This document shows, piece after piece, positions 11,078 to 21,739 of a DNA stretch of 64,000 bases. Source of the stretch: a virus; the IMG/VR virus record IMGVR_UViG_3300025695_001209, positions 1-64,000 of that record. One strand, 5' to 3'. How positions within the stretch are numbered: the stretch's first letter is position 1; each line of letters opens with the position of its first letter. The notes beneath the pieces were generated by a model. It was given only the letters and a program-made list of their open reading frames with translations, did not search any database and had not been told where the DNA came from. A program made the position numbers and the translations under genes.

Positions 11078-14000
11078 AATGTCTCTTGATTAAGTACATA
11101 TTTATCAATGTATCTATTCATCGCTGATTTACCTGTCTTAAGCCCAAAATAAAAGAAGTAAGGTGAACCCGTATTGATTTTATCTCTTGCCGATGATGGT
11201 GCATCGTTAGACACCTCTATTTGTGTCCCCACTATTTTTGAATTGTAGATGAAACCTGGTTGTTCGGTAGTCGGACTAAACACATCTGATACGTAGTCTT
11301 CTGTCGATGTTAACCTATCCATACTTTGGTAGTTAAATGACCCTAACCCACCTGTCGTGTCTTTAGTTACCCAGTCGTTCAGTTCTGTACCGAATAAACT
11401 ATAACTATTAGGTTTTAACCCCCACTGATAAAAAGGTACCTCTTGGTCATTAAACCCATAATTATCCGTTAGATGACTTGTAAGTGTATCTTGGAAAGTA
11501 AATCTACCAGGTGTTATCATATCCCTATTAATTGTGTTAGCTTCAAACAAAACACCAATAATTGGTTCACCGTCATTATCCTTAACCCACTTTATATTAT
11601 CATCACTATAATTCGAACCTAAAAATGGTACAACACCATACTCAGAGTTTATACTTATTAATTGTGACACATCCCCATCTAATCTATTATTCTCTCGAGT
11701 AAATAATTGGTTTATCGGTGCAATCGCATTACCAACTCTACTCCAAAAATTTGAATTAGATAAACGACTTATTACAAATAATTGTAATATGTCTGAAGTA
11801 TCGTTGTATGATGTACTTTTAATTGTGTCAACAATATATCCTTGGAACTCAGGATTATAACATATCTCTTTAGTGAAGATATCTCTAGGTCCTAAGTCCA
11901 TAATCGTAGTTGGTGTACCTAAATATTTGTTGTTAGAACCATTATTTGGAAGTAAACCCGGTTGATTGTCTCTACCAATAAAATTACCGTTACTATATGG
12001 TGAAACCCGATAAAAAAATGAATTATTAATTGTCTGATACACCACAGTATCCTTACAATATTTATATGTAGGGTCACTTAAGAATTTAGTCTCATTAACA
12101 TCGTTACCATACACATCATCTTTTTGTACTGCAAACATATATAACGAACCGTTAATCCAATTATTAACAAATGTTAAACTCACAACGTTATTACATAAGG
12201 CAAACATCATTCTGAACCTAGCTAACCATTCTGTAAGTATCCCAAAATCTTTACCCACTCTACCAATTCTTGTCACTAAGTAATAACACCCACCTCTCAA
12301 TTTTTCAGACTTCTTTTGGTCAGTTACATAATAACACTCATCGTCAGACGGGTAGACACCAATAGACTCACCGTTACCTGAATAACAAGACAGTGGTACC
12401 ATACCACTACATGAAAATGAACCAATCACTTGTGATGCTACCGCACCTGCATCTTCCCCAAAGTCTTCAGACGAACCAAAATTAACCTCACCAGGTTGTG
12501 TTGAAAATGACATGTCAATCTCACCTTCGTCACTTATAATATAAGTCGCGAAAAATCTATTCTGATGTAAAACAAATCTAAAATCGTGTTGGTCAGAAGT
12601 TGGTAAACTGTCGGACCTCATAACTAAAAATTCATTATCACTCATATTAACACTACTTGTCGGGTTACTGTCGTAATATGTTGGTGAATAATATCTATAA
12701 CCCGAAATAGATGGTGTACCATCTGAATACATAGCACCCACACCTTCAACTATCTCAGTATTTCTATACGCCCAATTATTAACACTAGGTGAAATAGGGG
12801 TAAAATCACTCCACGACCCAACACTAGATACTCTAGCAACATCATTAACATTATCAACTACAGAACCTAATAAGGATACGTTTGGAGACCCACCATACCA
12901 ATTTTCTTTAGTATCCCCATTATAAGAACTATAATCTAAATGATTTTGTGTCGTATAACCACTGTAATTACTATTTGTAGGTGTGAACGTAAATGACTTA
13001 TAATATAGTCTTAACCCTGAAAAATCTGATGAATTATTTGTAGTGATTTCATTATGCTTCACTATTGAGTAGTCTGAAGAGTTTGAATATGGTTGAATAG
13101 GTACATTTAACTTATACTGACCCCTTACTTTATACCCTGAGGTACCCATAGCCTTACCATATAACCTACTTAAATCATATTCAACATCCTGTCTTGGTGT
13201 GTTAGGGTCTACCCCTCTCACTAAAAAGACCACATAAGTATCTTCCCAATCACTATTTAGTTGTATGTTTGGTGTTTGTTGTACATAACCCGTACCAGGG
13301 TACGTGCTTGGTGCGTTAGGAACAAGATAATTACCATTAACTCTTTGCCACCCAAATAGGTACCTCCCTGCTAAAGTATTATTACCAATATTAGAATTGT
13401 ATGGTTGATTAACGTGATTACCCCCTTCCAAAGCATTATAATCGGAAAGTGTTTGCCCTGTAATAATCTGATAATATTCAATATCTGATGCAAAATTGTA
13501 GTCAAGTGTCTGAGTACCACCAGTAATTGTATAAGTCGTAGTGTTTTGAGTTAGAGTACTTTCATTCATATACTCTATAGTCACATTCGCATTACCACTA
13601 GTATCAAACGTTGTCGTCCCTGTTGTTGTTCCTGACACATTAGGGTCAAGACTATCATCAGGGTTTTGAAAAGTTATTACACTACCGGGTGTAAAGTTTA
13701 AATATGAGGTAGAATCCATAACCATCATAATAACATTATCCGTGTGGTCTTTAGTACTATTAAACGGTATATCTTTATTAACTTTTACTTTAATTTTATT
13801 ATACCCACCTTGTTCATGGTACTTTGCCTTAGCATTAAATAAATTGAATTTCTCAGAAAGAGGTAACTCATCACTTCCGAATGTATTACCATTACCGACA
13901 TTCCATGAAACATCTGACCAAGGCGTCTTTTGATATATTTGAGAAGTGGTTACACCATCATATCCTGCCATTGTCATTTGATAACCTAACTGATATAAAC

Positions 14001-16233
14001 TGTCCCAATCATTTGGTACCGTCCCACCTGTCACCGATAGTAAATCATAGAAGTCTGTTGATGTAGTATCGACTAGTTTTGAGTAATTAACATTTAATGT
14101 TGTACCTACAGTCCCAACCAAATCATCATCTTCAGGTTCATTTTCCGGGTCTACCGATTCACATGAACATGCACGACACGCCGGATAAGAAAGATTAGGT
14201 AGTGGTATTGACTTTAACGGACATTCTTTTGCCAAGTACGCATCCTTAAGACTAACTTTTTCAATTTTATTATTTTTCTTCTTGAATAGGTTTATCGCAG
14301 TTATTACCAGATTCATAATAGGTACGATAATCGTTAAAAGGGCATTAATAATAAATCGTAATACAGGCCACAATAAACAGAAAGAATGTGCCACTAATAT
14401 TAATGCGTATAGAGGTATTGTGAAAAGAAGAAGGAATAGACTCACAACTAAATATAGTAGGTCAAAATTCTTAACCCCATCGTTCGTTGGAAACTTATTG
14501 TTAGTACTCTCACAATCTCTGTTTAATATTTCTTTAATCCCTAAAAATCTTCCACGATTATAACCTTTTCTATACTCATCAATCATCTGAGATGGAGTAT
14601 ATACTTTGTTATAATTCATCAAATAGAATGAGTCTTCACAGTTAATAGCAGCATCTTTATCCGCATATTCACCCCAATTTAGTGAGAAGGCGTAACTTTT
14701 TTGAAACTGAGAATATTTGTAATCATATAACTCATAATTAACGGTAACAGGTATGAAAACACCTGAGTTATTTTTTTTAGTAACTCGTATCTCTAAAGTA
14801 CCTCCTGTTGGAAAATCAATTAATTTCTCAGTTCTTAACTGACCATTAACATATATTTCTATTTTCTCAGCATCTGTATTCTCAAATACCTTAACACTTA
14901 AATTACTGGTAAGTCCAATAAATTGTGATTGTACCTCATTAGAGTTATTAAAGTTCACAGGGAATGGACCCGCACTATTGGATAATGTACTTGGGTCGGT
15001 ACCAGGATTAGAAACACTACCATCCCACCCATACTCACGAATTTGAGGGACCACAAAATTTGGTCTAATTACATTCCCCTTTATCGGTATAAACCTTTGA
15101 CCGTCAAACGGACTCGTGTTTTCTTCCGATTGGTATTTAACCTTAAACCTATATTTTCCCTTTGTTGGTATACCAACATCTGGGTCATTTGATAAAACAC
15201 TTTCTCCGAACTCATTTGTGACAACATAATCTAAGTTCATAGGGACATCAGTTACGAATGTTCCTTGGTCATCAATTACTTTCCCACCATTAGGTAACTG
15301 ATGTTGTTCTAATACTGGGTCACCATTTTCATCCAAATCAATGGTTTGTCTTATCGCCATTATTTCACCAGGACCCGTAACTAAACCACATAAATCCCCT
15401 TGCTCTGTTCTTGGCTTACAATTTGGTTTTAATGGTCTATTATCATTATCGCTAAATATTGAACCCATAAACACCGAAGTCGGTCGAATCTCAATACCCA
15501 TTTCCCTTAAATCAAAGTCAGTCCTTGTAATACCAATATTACATAAATCCTCTTGTCCCCAAAAAGATGCAACATCAATATCCTTCACTTGATTTACAAT
15601 CTGAGGTAACTCATCAATATTATTAGATGATTTAAAATTAGAACCATCAAATTGTTCAGCAACCCCCATATTCATCCTTATCAAGTCTTGAGGTCTCAAA
15701 GAGAAACATCCCATGTTTGATAAGTCTAAATCCATTACGATTTTTTGATTACCCAATGGTACACCTGTAATCATGAAATCACCCGACTCATTAGTTTTAA
15801 CCGTATACCTATAATACTTTTCGTATATCTCTAAAACCTCATTTCGAGTCATTACATCCGACCTGGACGGAAAGGTACCTGTTGGCGTGTGTCCACCATA
15901 TTGCTTTTCATACGGTAGTAAGTTATATCGATACCCATCCTCATTTTTATCTGTAACCGACTTATATGGGTATAATGTGGATATTACGGGGTCTTGTAGG
16001 TCCATATCATCGATAGGTACAAATATAGAGACGGTGGCATTAGGTAATCCGAACCCACTATTTGCAACCACTCTACCAACAACAACACCATAGTCAGCAC
16101 AGAATCTTGAATACACATCTTCTTGTCTTAACTTTAAAGAAAGAATCTCTAAAAAGTCAAAGTCTTGCTCAACCGTAACATTAATGTTTTGGTCAGCACC
16201 TAATTTGGTTCTTATTCTGTATGATTTAGACAT
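11074..16233 (-). CDS. Large structural protein with N-terminal carboxypeptidase-regulatory-like beta-sandwich and an internal hydrophobic (transmembrane-like) hairpin
   Basis: 1719 aa. GVVVGRVVANSGFGLPNATVSIF...TVKTNESGDFMITGVPLG near the N-terminus. About 58-aa hydrophobic stretch LLYLVVSLFLLLF...VITAINLF followed by KKKNNK. Confidence 0.65.
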   Translation of the reverse strand: MSKSYRIRTKLGADQNINVTVEQDFDFLEILSLKLRQEDVYSRFCADYGVVVGRVVANSGFGLPNATVSIFVPIDDMDLQDPVISTLYPYKSVTDKNEDGYRYNLLPYEKQYGGHTPTGTFPSRSDVMTRNEVLEIYEKYYRYTVKTNESGDFMITGVPLGNQKIVMDLDLSNMGCFSLRPQDLIRMNMGVAEQFDGSNFKSSNNIDELPQIVNQVKDIDVASFWGQEDLCNIGITRTDFDLREMGIEIRPTSVFMGSIFSDNDNRPLKPNCKPRTEQGDLCGLVTGPGEIMAIRQTIDLDENGDPVLEQHQLPNGGKVIDDQGTFVTDVPMNLDYVVTNEFGESVLSNDPDVGIPTKGKYRFKVKYQSEENTSPFDGQRFIPIKGNVIRPNFVVPQIREYGWDGSVSNPGTDPSTLSNSAGPFPVNFNNSNEVQSQFIGLTSNLSVKVFENTDAEKIEIYVNGQLRTEKLIDFPTGGTLEIRVTKKNNSGVFIPVTVNYELYDYKYSQFQKSYAFSLNWGEYADKDAAINCEDSFYLMNYNKVYTPSQMIDEYRKGYNRGRFLGIKEILNRDCESTNNKFPTNDGVKNFDLLYLVVSLFLLLFTIPLYALILVAHSFCLLWPVLRFIINALLTIIVPIMNLVITAINLFKKKNNKIEKVSLKDAYLAKECPLKSIPLPNLSYPACRACSCESVDPENEPEDDDLVGTVGTTLNVNYSKLVDTTSTDFYDLLSVTGGTVPNDWDSLYQLGYQMTMAGYDGVTTSQIYQKTPWSDVSWNVGNGNTFGSDELPLSEKFNLFNAKAKYHEQGGYNKIKVKVNKDIPFNSTKDHTDNVIMMVMDSTSYLNFTPGSVITFQNPDDSLDPNVSGTTTGTTTFDTSGNANVTIEYMNESTLTQNTTTYTITGGTQTLDYNFASDIEYYQIITGQTLSDYNALEGGNHVNQPYNSNIGNNTLAGRYLFGWQRVNGNYLVPNAPSTYPGTGYVQQTPNIQLNSDWEDTYVVFLVRGVDPNTPRQDVEYDLSRLYGKAMGTSGYKVRGQYKLNVPIQPYSNSSDYSIVKHNEITTNNSSDFSGLRLYYKSFTFTPTNSNYSGYTTQNHLDYSSYNGDTKENWYGGSPNVSLLGSVVDNVNDVARVSSVGSWSDFTPISPSVNNWAYRNTEIVEGVGAMYSDGTPSISGYRYYSPTYYDSNPTSSVNMSDNEFLVMRSDSLPTSDQHDFRFVLHQNRFFATYIISDEGEIDMSFSTQPGEVNFGSSEDFGEDAGAVASQVIGSFSCSGMVPLSCYSGNGESIGVYPSDDECYYVTDQKKSEKLRGGCYYLVTRIGRVGKDFGILTEWLARFRMMFALCNNVVSLTFVNNWINGSLYMFAVQKDDVYGNDVNETKFLSDPTYKYCKDTVVYQTINNSFFYRVSPYSNGNFIGRDNQPGLLPNNGSNNKYLGTPTTIMDLGPRDIFTKEICYNPEFQGYIVDTIKSTSYNDTSDILQLFVISRLSNSNFWSRVGNAIAPINQLFTRENNRLDGDVSQLISINSEYGVVPFLGSNYSDDNIKWVKDNDGEPIIGVLFEANTINRDMITPGRFTFQDTLTSHLTDNYGFNDQEVPFYQWGLKPNSYSLFGTELNDWVTKDTTGGLGSFNYQSMDRLTSTEDYVSDVFSPTTEQPGFIYNSKIVGTQIEVSNDAPSSARDKINTGSPYFFYFGLKTGKSAMNRYIDKYVLNQETL

Positions 16234-16309
16234 ATAATAGTTTTAAGATAAATACTTATCTATCCGTTTTACAATAATAAACCTATAAGTAAGTTTTGTA
16301 AAATGTATA

Positions 16310-18148
16310 TTACTTGTAGTCTACGGTTTTAAGGTTTTTAACCCTAACCTTAATATCTTTTTCAGGGAACCTTACTTGATATATTTGAGATGGTTCCGCA
16401 AAAATGGTCTCATCAACTAATTGTATTTCTCTTGTAAAAGAATCAGAATATCTTTGAGATGTCTCAGCCGATGAGTATTGACCTCCGACCTTATTAATCG
16501 CTTTTAAATCTGTGATTGATATCACACCTGCAACATCCTGTATGTTTCTTTTCATTTCCGAAATAAATACATTTTCACCCATAGTTCTATTTGTCGGTGC
16601 CATGTATTTAGTCACTTCATCAATTATTTTAGTAATAACGTTACCCTGATTCTGACCTGAATCGATAACTACGGATATGTCATATTCTAAATCGATAACC
16701 TGACCAACATTAACAGATATATAATCATTTATCATTCTATATTTTGATAGATAATTGGCAATGTTCTGTTTTAAGGTGTTTGATACCGTCTGAGTTAGAC
16801 TTCCATTAGCATCGTATGATAAGATATTAATATTAATTTTATTATCTTTCTCAGTAATTGCAGTCTTAGCAGGTGCACCGTATTTTCCTGGCATCTTCCT
16901 GATTAAGGCGTTATAGTCATTAATCGTTACCGCTCTGTTTTGTGACGCATAATTAAATGTCACCATATTTCTAACCTCTTCAATAGAAGGTTGGTTAGCA
17001 CCTCCAATAGCTGCAGTGACATTATTGACCGTTAATGAATTGGTTACCGTTTGATTAATGTTATTAGATGGACCACTAACAAAAAAGTTAACAGTACCTA
17101 CTTGATTTATTGCGTTTACACCAATATTTGATTGTGTACCTCCACCAATTCTATATTTAACAAATAATGTAGTGTTTGCAGCTACCGTTCTACCCAATCC
17201 AATATTATTCTGATATTCCTGAATCCTTAATGAAACCCCATTTCTTGCGAACTCAGCCAGTTGGTCATCAGGTGTTGATGTACCTCCACCAAATTGAACC
17301 TTAAGGAAACCTTGAGGTGTGTATTCAGTTATGAACCTTGTCTCAGTATCAATATACTTACCGACTTTTAAACCTGGTACGTCAGATGGTTTTGTCGTAT
17401 CTTCAACAAAAATTGTCGATTCGGCTAATGAGTCTACCTCATACCACTTATCCTGTGCATTTACAAATTCAGAGTATGTTGGTGTAGATTGAAATGATGT
17501 CCCATCTTTTTGTATGATACCTACAACCTCTAAAACATTTTGTTCAGGTAAGAAAAATTCAAAGAATGGTTTAACGTCATTAGGGTTAATCGTTTTTTTG
17601 AATATTTTTGTTAACCCGTTTACCACGACCTCTCTCTTAGTAATTGTATAGTTTACAAGAACATTATTAGAATCAAAATTTGGGATTTTAGTTCTATTAG
17701 GAAAACCTTCATTATTGTATTGAGATGCGAAATCAATGTCATAAACATTTTCGAATACTTGACCTCCACCAATAACTTGTGAACCAGGTCTTAATGTCCC
17801 TAAATATCTTGTATCTTCTTGGTCTCCCGACGCAGGTACCGTTATTGAAAAATCAACAATAGATACTGATGGTCGGTTACCAGGTATCTTCAACCCGTAT
17901 GTTCTGGCAATATTAAAAATAGATGAACGTTGTTGAGCATATTGTAAAACCGTTTCCTGAATACTTCTATCAATATGATAATTTAAGTTATCACCAATTG
18001 CCGCGTTTAGGTCCATCAATACTGAGTAGACCGCAGCATCATTGAAGTTATCTATTAATTCAGGGTAATACTGTTTAGTGTAGTTTACTAAGTCCTGTCT
18101 TAGACCTTCGAAATCTCTTTCCGTATATGAAATCTTTTTACTTGCCAT
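16310..18148 (-). CDS. Baseplate wedge protein (T4 gp6 / baseplate J-like)
   Basis: 612 aa. RDFEGLRQDL, AQQRSSIFNIARTYG, VKYRIGGG, AAIGGANQPSIEEVR, QNRAVTINDY are characteristic motifs. Confidence 0.9.
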   Translation of the reverse strand: MASKKISYTERDFEGLRQDLVNYTKQYYPELIDNFNDAAVYSVLMDLNAAIGDNLNYHIDRSIQETVLQYAQQRSSIFNIARTYGLKIPGNRPSVSIVDFSITVPASGDQEDTRYLGTLRPGSQVIGGGQVFENVYDIDFASQYNNEGFPNRTKIPNFDSNNVLVNYTITKREVVVNGLTKIFKKTINPNDVKPFFEFFLPEQNVLEVVGIIQKDGTSFQSTPTYSEFVNAQDKWYEVDSLAESTIFVEDTTKPSDVPGLKVGKYIDTETRFITEYTPQGFLKVQFGGGTSTPDDQLAEFARNGVSLRIQEYQNNIGLGRTVAANTTLFVKYRIGGGTQSNIGVNAINQVGTVNFFVSGPSNNINQTVTNSLTVNNVTAAIGGANQPSIEEVRNMVTFNYASQNRAVTINDYNALIRKMPGKYGAPAKTAITEKDNKININILSYDANGSLTQTVSNTLKQNIANYLSKYRMINDYISVNVGQVIDLEYDISVVIDSGQNQGNVITKIIDEVTKYMAPTNRTMGENVFISEMKRNIQDVAGVISITDLKAINKVGGQYSSAETSQRYSDSFTREIQLVDETIFAEPSQIYQVRFPEKDIKVRVKNLKTVDYK

Positions 18149-18154
18149 CTATTA

Positions 18155-18619
18155 TTAAATATTGATTATTATAAAATCTTTAGATTGAAAGGTACTATCA
18201 GTGATGGTATAATCTATCCTTAGTTTTGCCGTATATTCTTCGACACCTCTACCAGGTAATCTATAAATTCCCCCAACACCTAAATTATCCATATTTAGTT
18301 CCCCTTGAGATTCTAAGTCATCTAAGTAAGGTGTTATTGTTATTTCGTTAATTGTTAAGTTTGGTATATATTTTTCAACCGAATTTATAATGTCTGTTCT
18401 AATACCCTCAAATGTGGTTCCATCCATAGGTTCAAAAATAAACTCATAAATACGTGTACCAAAATCAGGTAAATAATACCGACTACCTTTTCTTGTTAGT
18501 ATAAGGTGTAGTAGGTCAGTTCTTATTTCTTCATCAGTCGTTTGAGAAAGAGAAAGATACTTTCCATCCTTACTATCTTGAAAGGGGAAATTAATACCAT
18601 ATGTTTTACCGTTTGCCAT
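18155..18619 (-). CDS. Baseplate wedge / sheath initiator (T4 gp25-like)
   Basis: GINFPF...LILTRKGSRYYLPDFGTRIYEFIFEP...YIPNL is the gp25/GPW pattern. Adjacent to the gp6-like gene. Confidence 0.9.
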   Translation of the reverse strand: MANGKTYGINFPFQDSKDGKYLSLSQTTDEEIRTDLLHLILTRKGSRYYLPDFGTRIYEFIFEPMDGTTFEGIRTDIINSVEKYIPNLTINEITITPYLDDLESQGELNMDNLGVGGIYRLPGRGVEEYTAKLRIDYTITDSTFQSKDFIIINI

Positions 18620-18650
18620 TGTCTATAAATATCTTAACAATTTAAATTAT

Positions 18651-18678
18651 AAAAAAAAGAGGACCTAAGTCCTCTTTT
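18651..18678 (-). terminator. Rho-independent terminator after nrdA
   Basis: AAAAGAGGAC-ctaa-GTCCTCTTTT hairpin with an A-tract that reads as a U-tract on the minus strand. Confidence 0.8.
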
Positions 18679-18705
18679 ATTTAATTTGAATGTAATTTTT
18701 ACCCC

Positions 18706-20412
18706 TTAACCTTCACATGCAACACACTGTAAATCATTCAGACCTAACTTCTTTCTTGCGAAAGCTTGTGCCGAATTCATTGAGTGTTGGTAATACAATG
18801 TCTTAACTCCCAATTGCCATGCTTCAATAAGAAGTTTGTTAACATCCTTTGTAGCCATATCAGGTGATATCATTAAGTTTAGTGACTGTGATTGGTCAAT
18901 ATACGTTTGACGTACTGCTGCTTGGTTAACAATAGATGATTGGTTAATTTCCGCAAATGTTCTAAAAACATCTTTTTGGTCATCACTCAAAAATTCTAAG
19001 TGTTGTACCGAACCATCTGCCTGTTTAATACTATTCCACACATCCTTAGTGTCTTTACCCATAGTAATTAATAAGTCTTTAAGTACAGGATTTTTGATGG
19101 TTACCTTCATTTTAGCAACATCTTTCACGTAACAGTTAGACCAAATAGGTTCAATTGATTGAGAAACCTGCCCAAGAATAAAAGCTGATGATGTTGTTGG
19201 TGCAACTGCGTTAAGTGTAACATTTCTTCGACCATAACCTTTTAGATATTCAGGTTCACCGAACATTTCCGCCAACTTTTCTGACGCCTTGTATGACTTT
19301 TCTTTTATATGTTTAAAAACTTCAACATTAAGTCTCGCAGTTTCTCTCGTATCAAAAGCTAATCCTTTAGACTGAAGTAATGAGTGCCATCCTAATACAC
19401 CTAATCCTAGTGCTCTTTGTCTTTTAGAGAAGTTATATGCTTTCTCTAAGTAGAAAAACGCTCTTCTACCCTCAATAGTTCCATTGTCTCTTAAGTCTTC
19501 AATCTTAGTTAATAACTCAGTCACAACAACGTCCAAAAACATCGTCATCACCTCAACTGCATCAGTATCTTTCCATTCGTCATAGTGAAGAACATTCATT
19601 GATGATAATACACACACAAACGACTCTTCTTCTGAGTTATGAAGTGCAATTTCAGAACATAAGTTTGAGTTGTTAATCTTCGCTCCTTTATCTTTATACA
19701 CATCAACGGTATTATTGTTTGTAGTATCATGGAACATGATATATGGGTAACCAATCTCACCTCTTCTTTGAATAACTTTAGCCCATACCTCTCTTTTCTT
19801 GTCGTCACCAGCAATCATTTCATTCATGAAATCATCTGTAACCGTAACTGCGTGTGTTAAATTTTGTATAGTAGAACCCTCAGTACCAATTTCTAAATAC
19901 TCCATAATGTCGGGATGTTCAACAGGTAAGTATGGTGAGAAACGACCTCTTCGTGTCGACCCTTGTGATATGTTATCTACAACACTCTCAAAAAGATTCA
20001 TAAAGTGTACTGCTCCAGGTGCTTGTCCGTTGTCTGTGATTTCAGCACCACGTCCTCTAATATTACCAAAGTAACCTGAAGTACCTCCACCCATTTTAGA
20101 CATCTCACCAACTTCTGCCTGTGTGAATAGTATTGATTCTATGTTATCACCAATGTTAGACCCGAAACAACTAACTGGTAGTCCTCTCTTTTTACCGAAG
20201 TTTGCCCATACAGGTGACGATAAAGAATACCAACCTTTACCCATGTAGTTGTAAAATTTTTCAGCAAATCCTTCTACACCTAATAGTTTTTCAGCGTGTT
20301 CCGCAATAGTTTTAATTCTTTCTATCGGTTCCTCACCCTCACTTAAGTATCCTCTACGTAAGAAGGTTATAGACTCTTCATTAATCCATTCAAATGGTTT
20401 TCTTTCTTTCAT
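18706..20412 (-). CDS. nrdA: Ribonucleotide reductase class I alpha subunit, compact, no ATP cone
   Basis: 568 aa. PVSCF, GGGTSG, SNLCSEI, VCVLSS, APTTSSA, IDQSQSLN, KTLYY and C-terminal CVACEG. Confidence 0.95.
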   Translation of the reverse strand: MKERKPFEWINEESITFLRRGYLSEGEEPIERIKTIAEHAEKLLGVEGFAEKFYNYMGKGWYSLSSPVWANFGKKRGLPVSCFGSNIGDNIESILFTQAEVGEMSKMGGGTSGYFGNIRGRGAEITDNGQAPGAVHFMNLFESVVDNISQGSTRRGRFSPYLPVEHPDIMEYLEIGTEGSTIQNLTHAVTVTDDFMNEMIAGDDKKREVWAKVIQRRGEIGYPYIMFHDTTNNNTVDVYKDKGAKINNSNLCSEIALHNSEEESFVCVLSSMNVLHYDEWKDTDAVEVMTMFLDVVVTELLTKIEDLRDNGTIEGRRAFFYLEKAYNFSKRQRALGLGVLGWHSLLQSKGLAFDTRETARLNVEVFKHIKEKSYKASEKLAEMFGEPEYLKGYGRRNVTLNAVAPTTSSAFILGQVSQSIEPIWSNCYVKDVAKMKVTIKNPVLKDLLITMGKDTKDVWNSIKQADGSVQHLEFLSDDQKDVFRTFAEINQSSIVNQAAVRQTYIDQSQSLNLMISPDMATKDVNKLLIEAWQLGVKTLYYQHSMNSAQAFARKKLGLNDLQCVACEG

Positions 20413-20436
20413 TATATTTTTTGTTTTTTCGTTTTT

Positions 20437-21699
20437 TTAAAATAAATCGTTAGATGTAATCGATTTAGATTTCTTACTATAATTAATACTTCTCTTATTG
20501 AAGAAGTCAGTATGCTTTGTTGTCAGTATTTCGTCATCAAACCACTCTGTCGTTTCTAATAGTGTCTCATTAATATCAAATATACTATCTACTCCGATAG
20601 AGTTCAATGAAACATTAAATCTATGTTTGATGAATTCCATTGTTTCGTTTTTAGTTAAAAACTCTAAATCTCCTTCTTCAAATATCCACTCAACAATCTC
20701 ACGTTCCGCTTCATACGCTTCCATAGTTGCAACAACTAAGTCTTCTTTTAGTTCGTCTGTCCACCAACTAGGGTTTTCACTCTTAATTAGATTAACTAAA
20801 TCAAATCCAAAACCAGCGTGTATATTCTCTTCTTTTGATGTTGCTTCAACTGCGTTACTAATACCTTTTAACATATTCTTATGTTTGTTGAAAGACATAA
20901 TCACTAAGAATTGTGAGAATAACGATACATTCTCCACAAACATAGAAAATAAAACAACCGATTCAAAATATTCTTTGTTTTCCACAGCCTTTGAGTTAGT
21001 GATTGCCTTCTCCAAGTATTTGATTCTTTTACGAATTGCTGGTACCTCCATCAATGTCTCAAATTCGTTATTTAAACCCAATAACTGTACTAAGTGTGAA
21101 TAAGCGTCAGCATGTCTCACTTCTGATTCTGCAAAAGTTGCACCAACATTACCAATCTCTGGTTTTGGCATTCTTTTGTAGATATCACCCCAAAACGATT
21201 TAACCGCCACTTCAATTTGTGAAATTGCTAACATCGCTCTTTTTACTGAGGTCTTTTCTTTTTTATCAAGTTTAACTTTGAAATCCTGAATATCTGAAGT
21301 GAAATTAAACTCAGTATGTACCCAGTAAGAGTGTCTAATTGCATCCACATAGTCATTTAAATCTGGGTACTCATACGGTTTTAAATTCGTTCTTTTGTTA
21401 AAGATGTTTGGACTATTATCCTTACGGTAAATAATATATTCTTTAGCAACATTATTAAGTCCGTTATCCATAAGTTTGTTCTCCACCATATCGTGTATTT
21501 CATCAACATGAGGGACTCTATCTTTCTCACCTCTGAAAATTCCTTTTCTGGTGATTCTAGCAATTTTATCCGCCATGTCATCATCGATATTACCAACACT
21601 TTTCATCGCTTTTAATACCGCATATTTTATCTTTTCCGATTGAAAAATTACTTTATCACCGTTTCTTTTAATTACATAATTAGTTTCTTTACCATTCAT
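20437..21699 (-). CDS. nrdB: Ribonucleotide reductase beta subunit with N-terminal ATP cone, class Id-like
   Basis: VIKRNG...KIKYAVLKA...VDEIHDMVENKLM...AKEYIIYR is an ATP cone. Ferritin-like ligands QIEVAVK, ESEVRHADAY, VENVSLFSQF, EENIH follow. Confidence 0.95.
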   Translation of the reverse strand: MNGKETNYVIKRNGDKVIFQSEKIKYAVLKAMKSVGNIDDDMADKIARITRKGIFRGEKDRVPHVDEIHDMVENKLMDNGLNNVAKEYIIYRKDNSPNIFNKRTNLKPYEYPDLNDYVDAIRHSYWVHTEFNFTSDIQDFKVKLDKKEKTSVKRAMLAISQIEVAVKSFWGDIYKRMPKPEIGNVGATFAESEVRHADAYSHLVQLLGLNNEFETLMEVPAIRKRIKYLEKAITNSKAVENKEYFESVVLFSMFVENVSLFSQFLVIMSFNKHKNMLKGISNAVEATSKEENIHAGFGFDLVNLIKSENPSWWTDELKEDLVVATMEAYEAEREIVEWIFEEGDLEFLTKNETMEFIKHRFNVSLNSIGVDSIFDINETLLETTEWFDDEILTTKHTDFFNKRSINYSKKSKSITSNDLF

Positions 21700-21739
21700 A
21701 GTAGTAATACATTTATTTGTTTATTTATTATAAATATGA

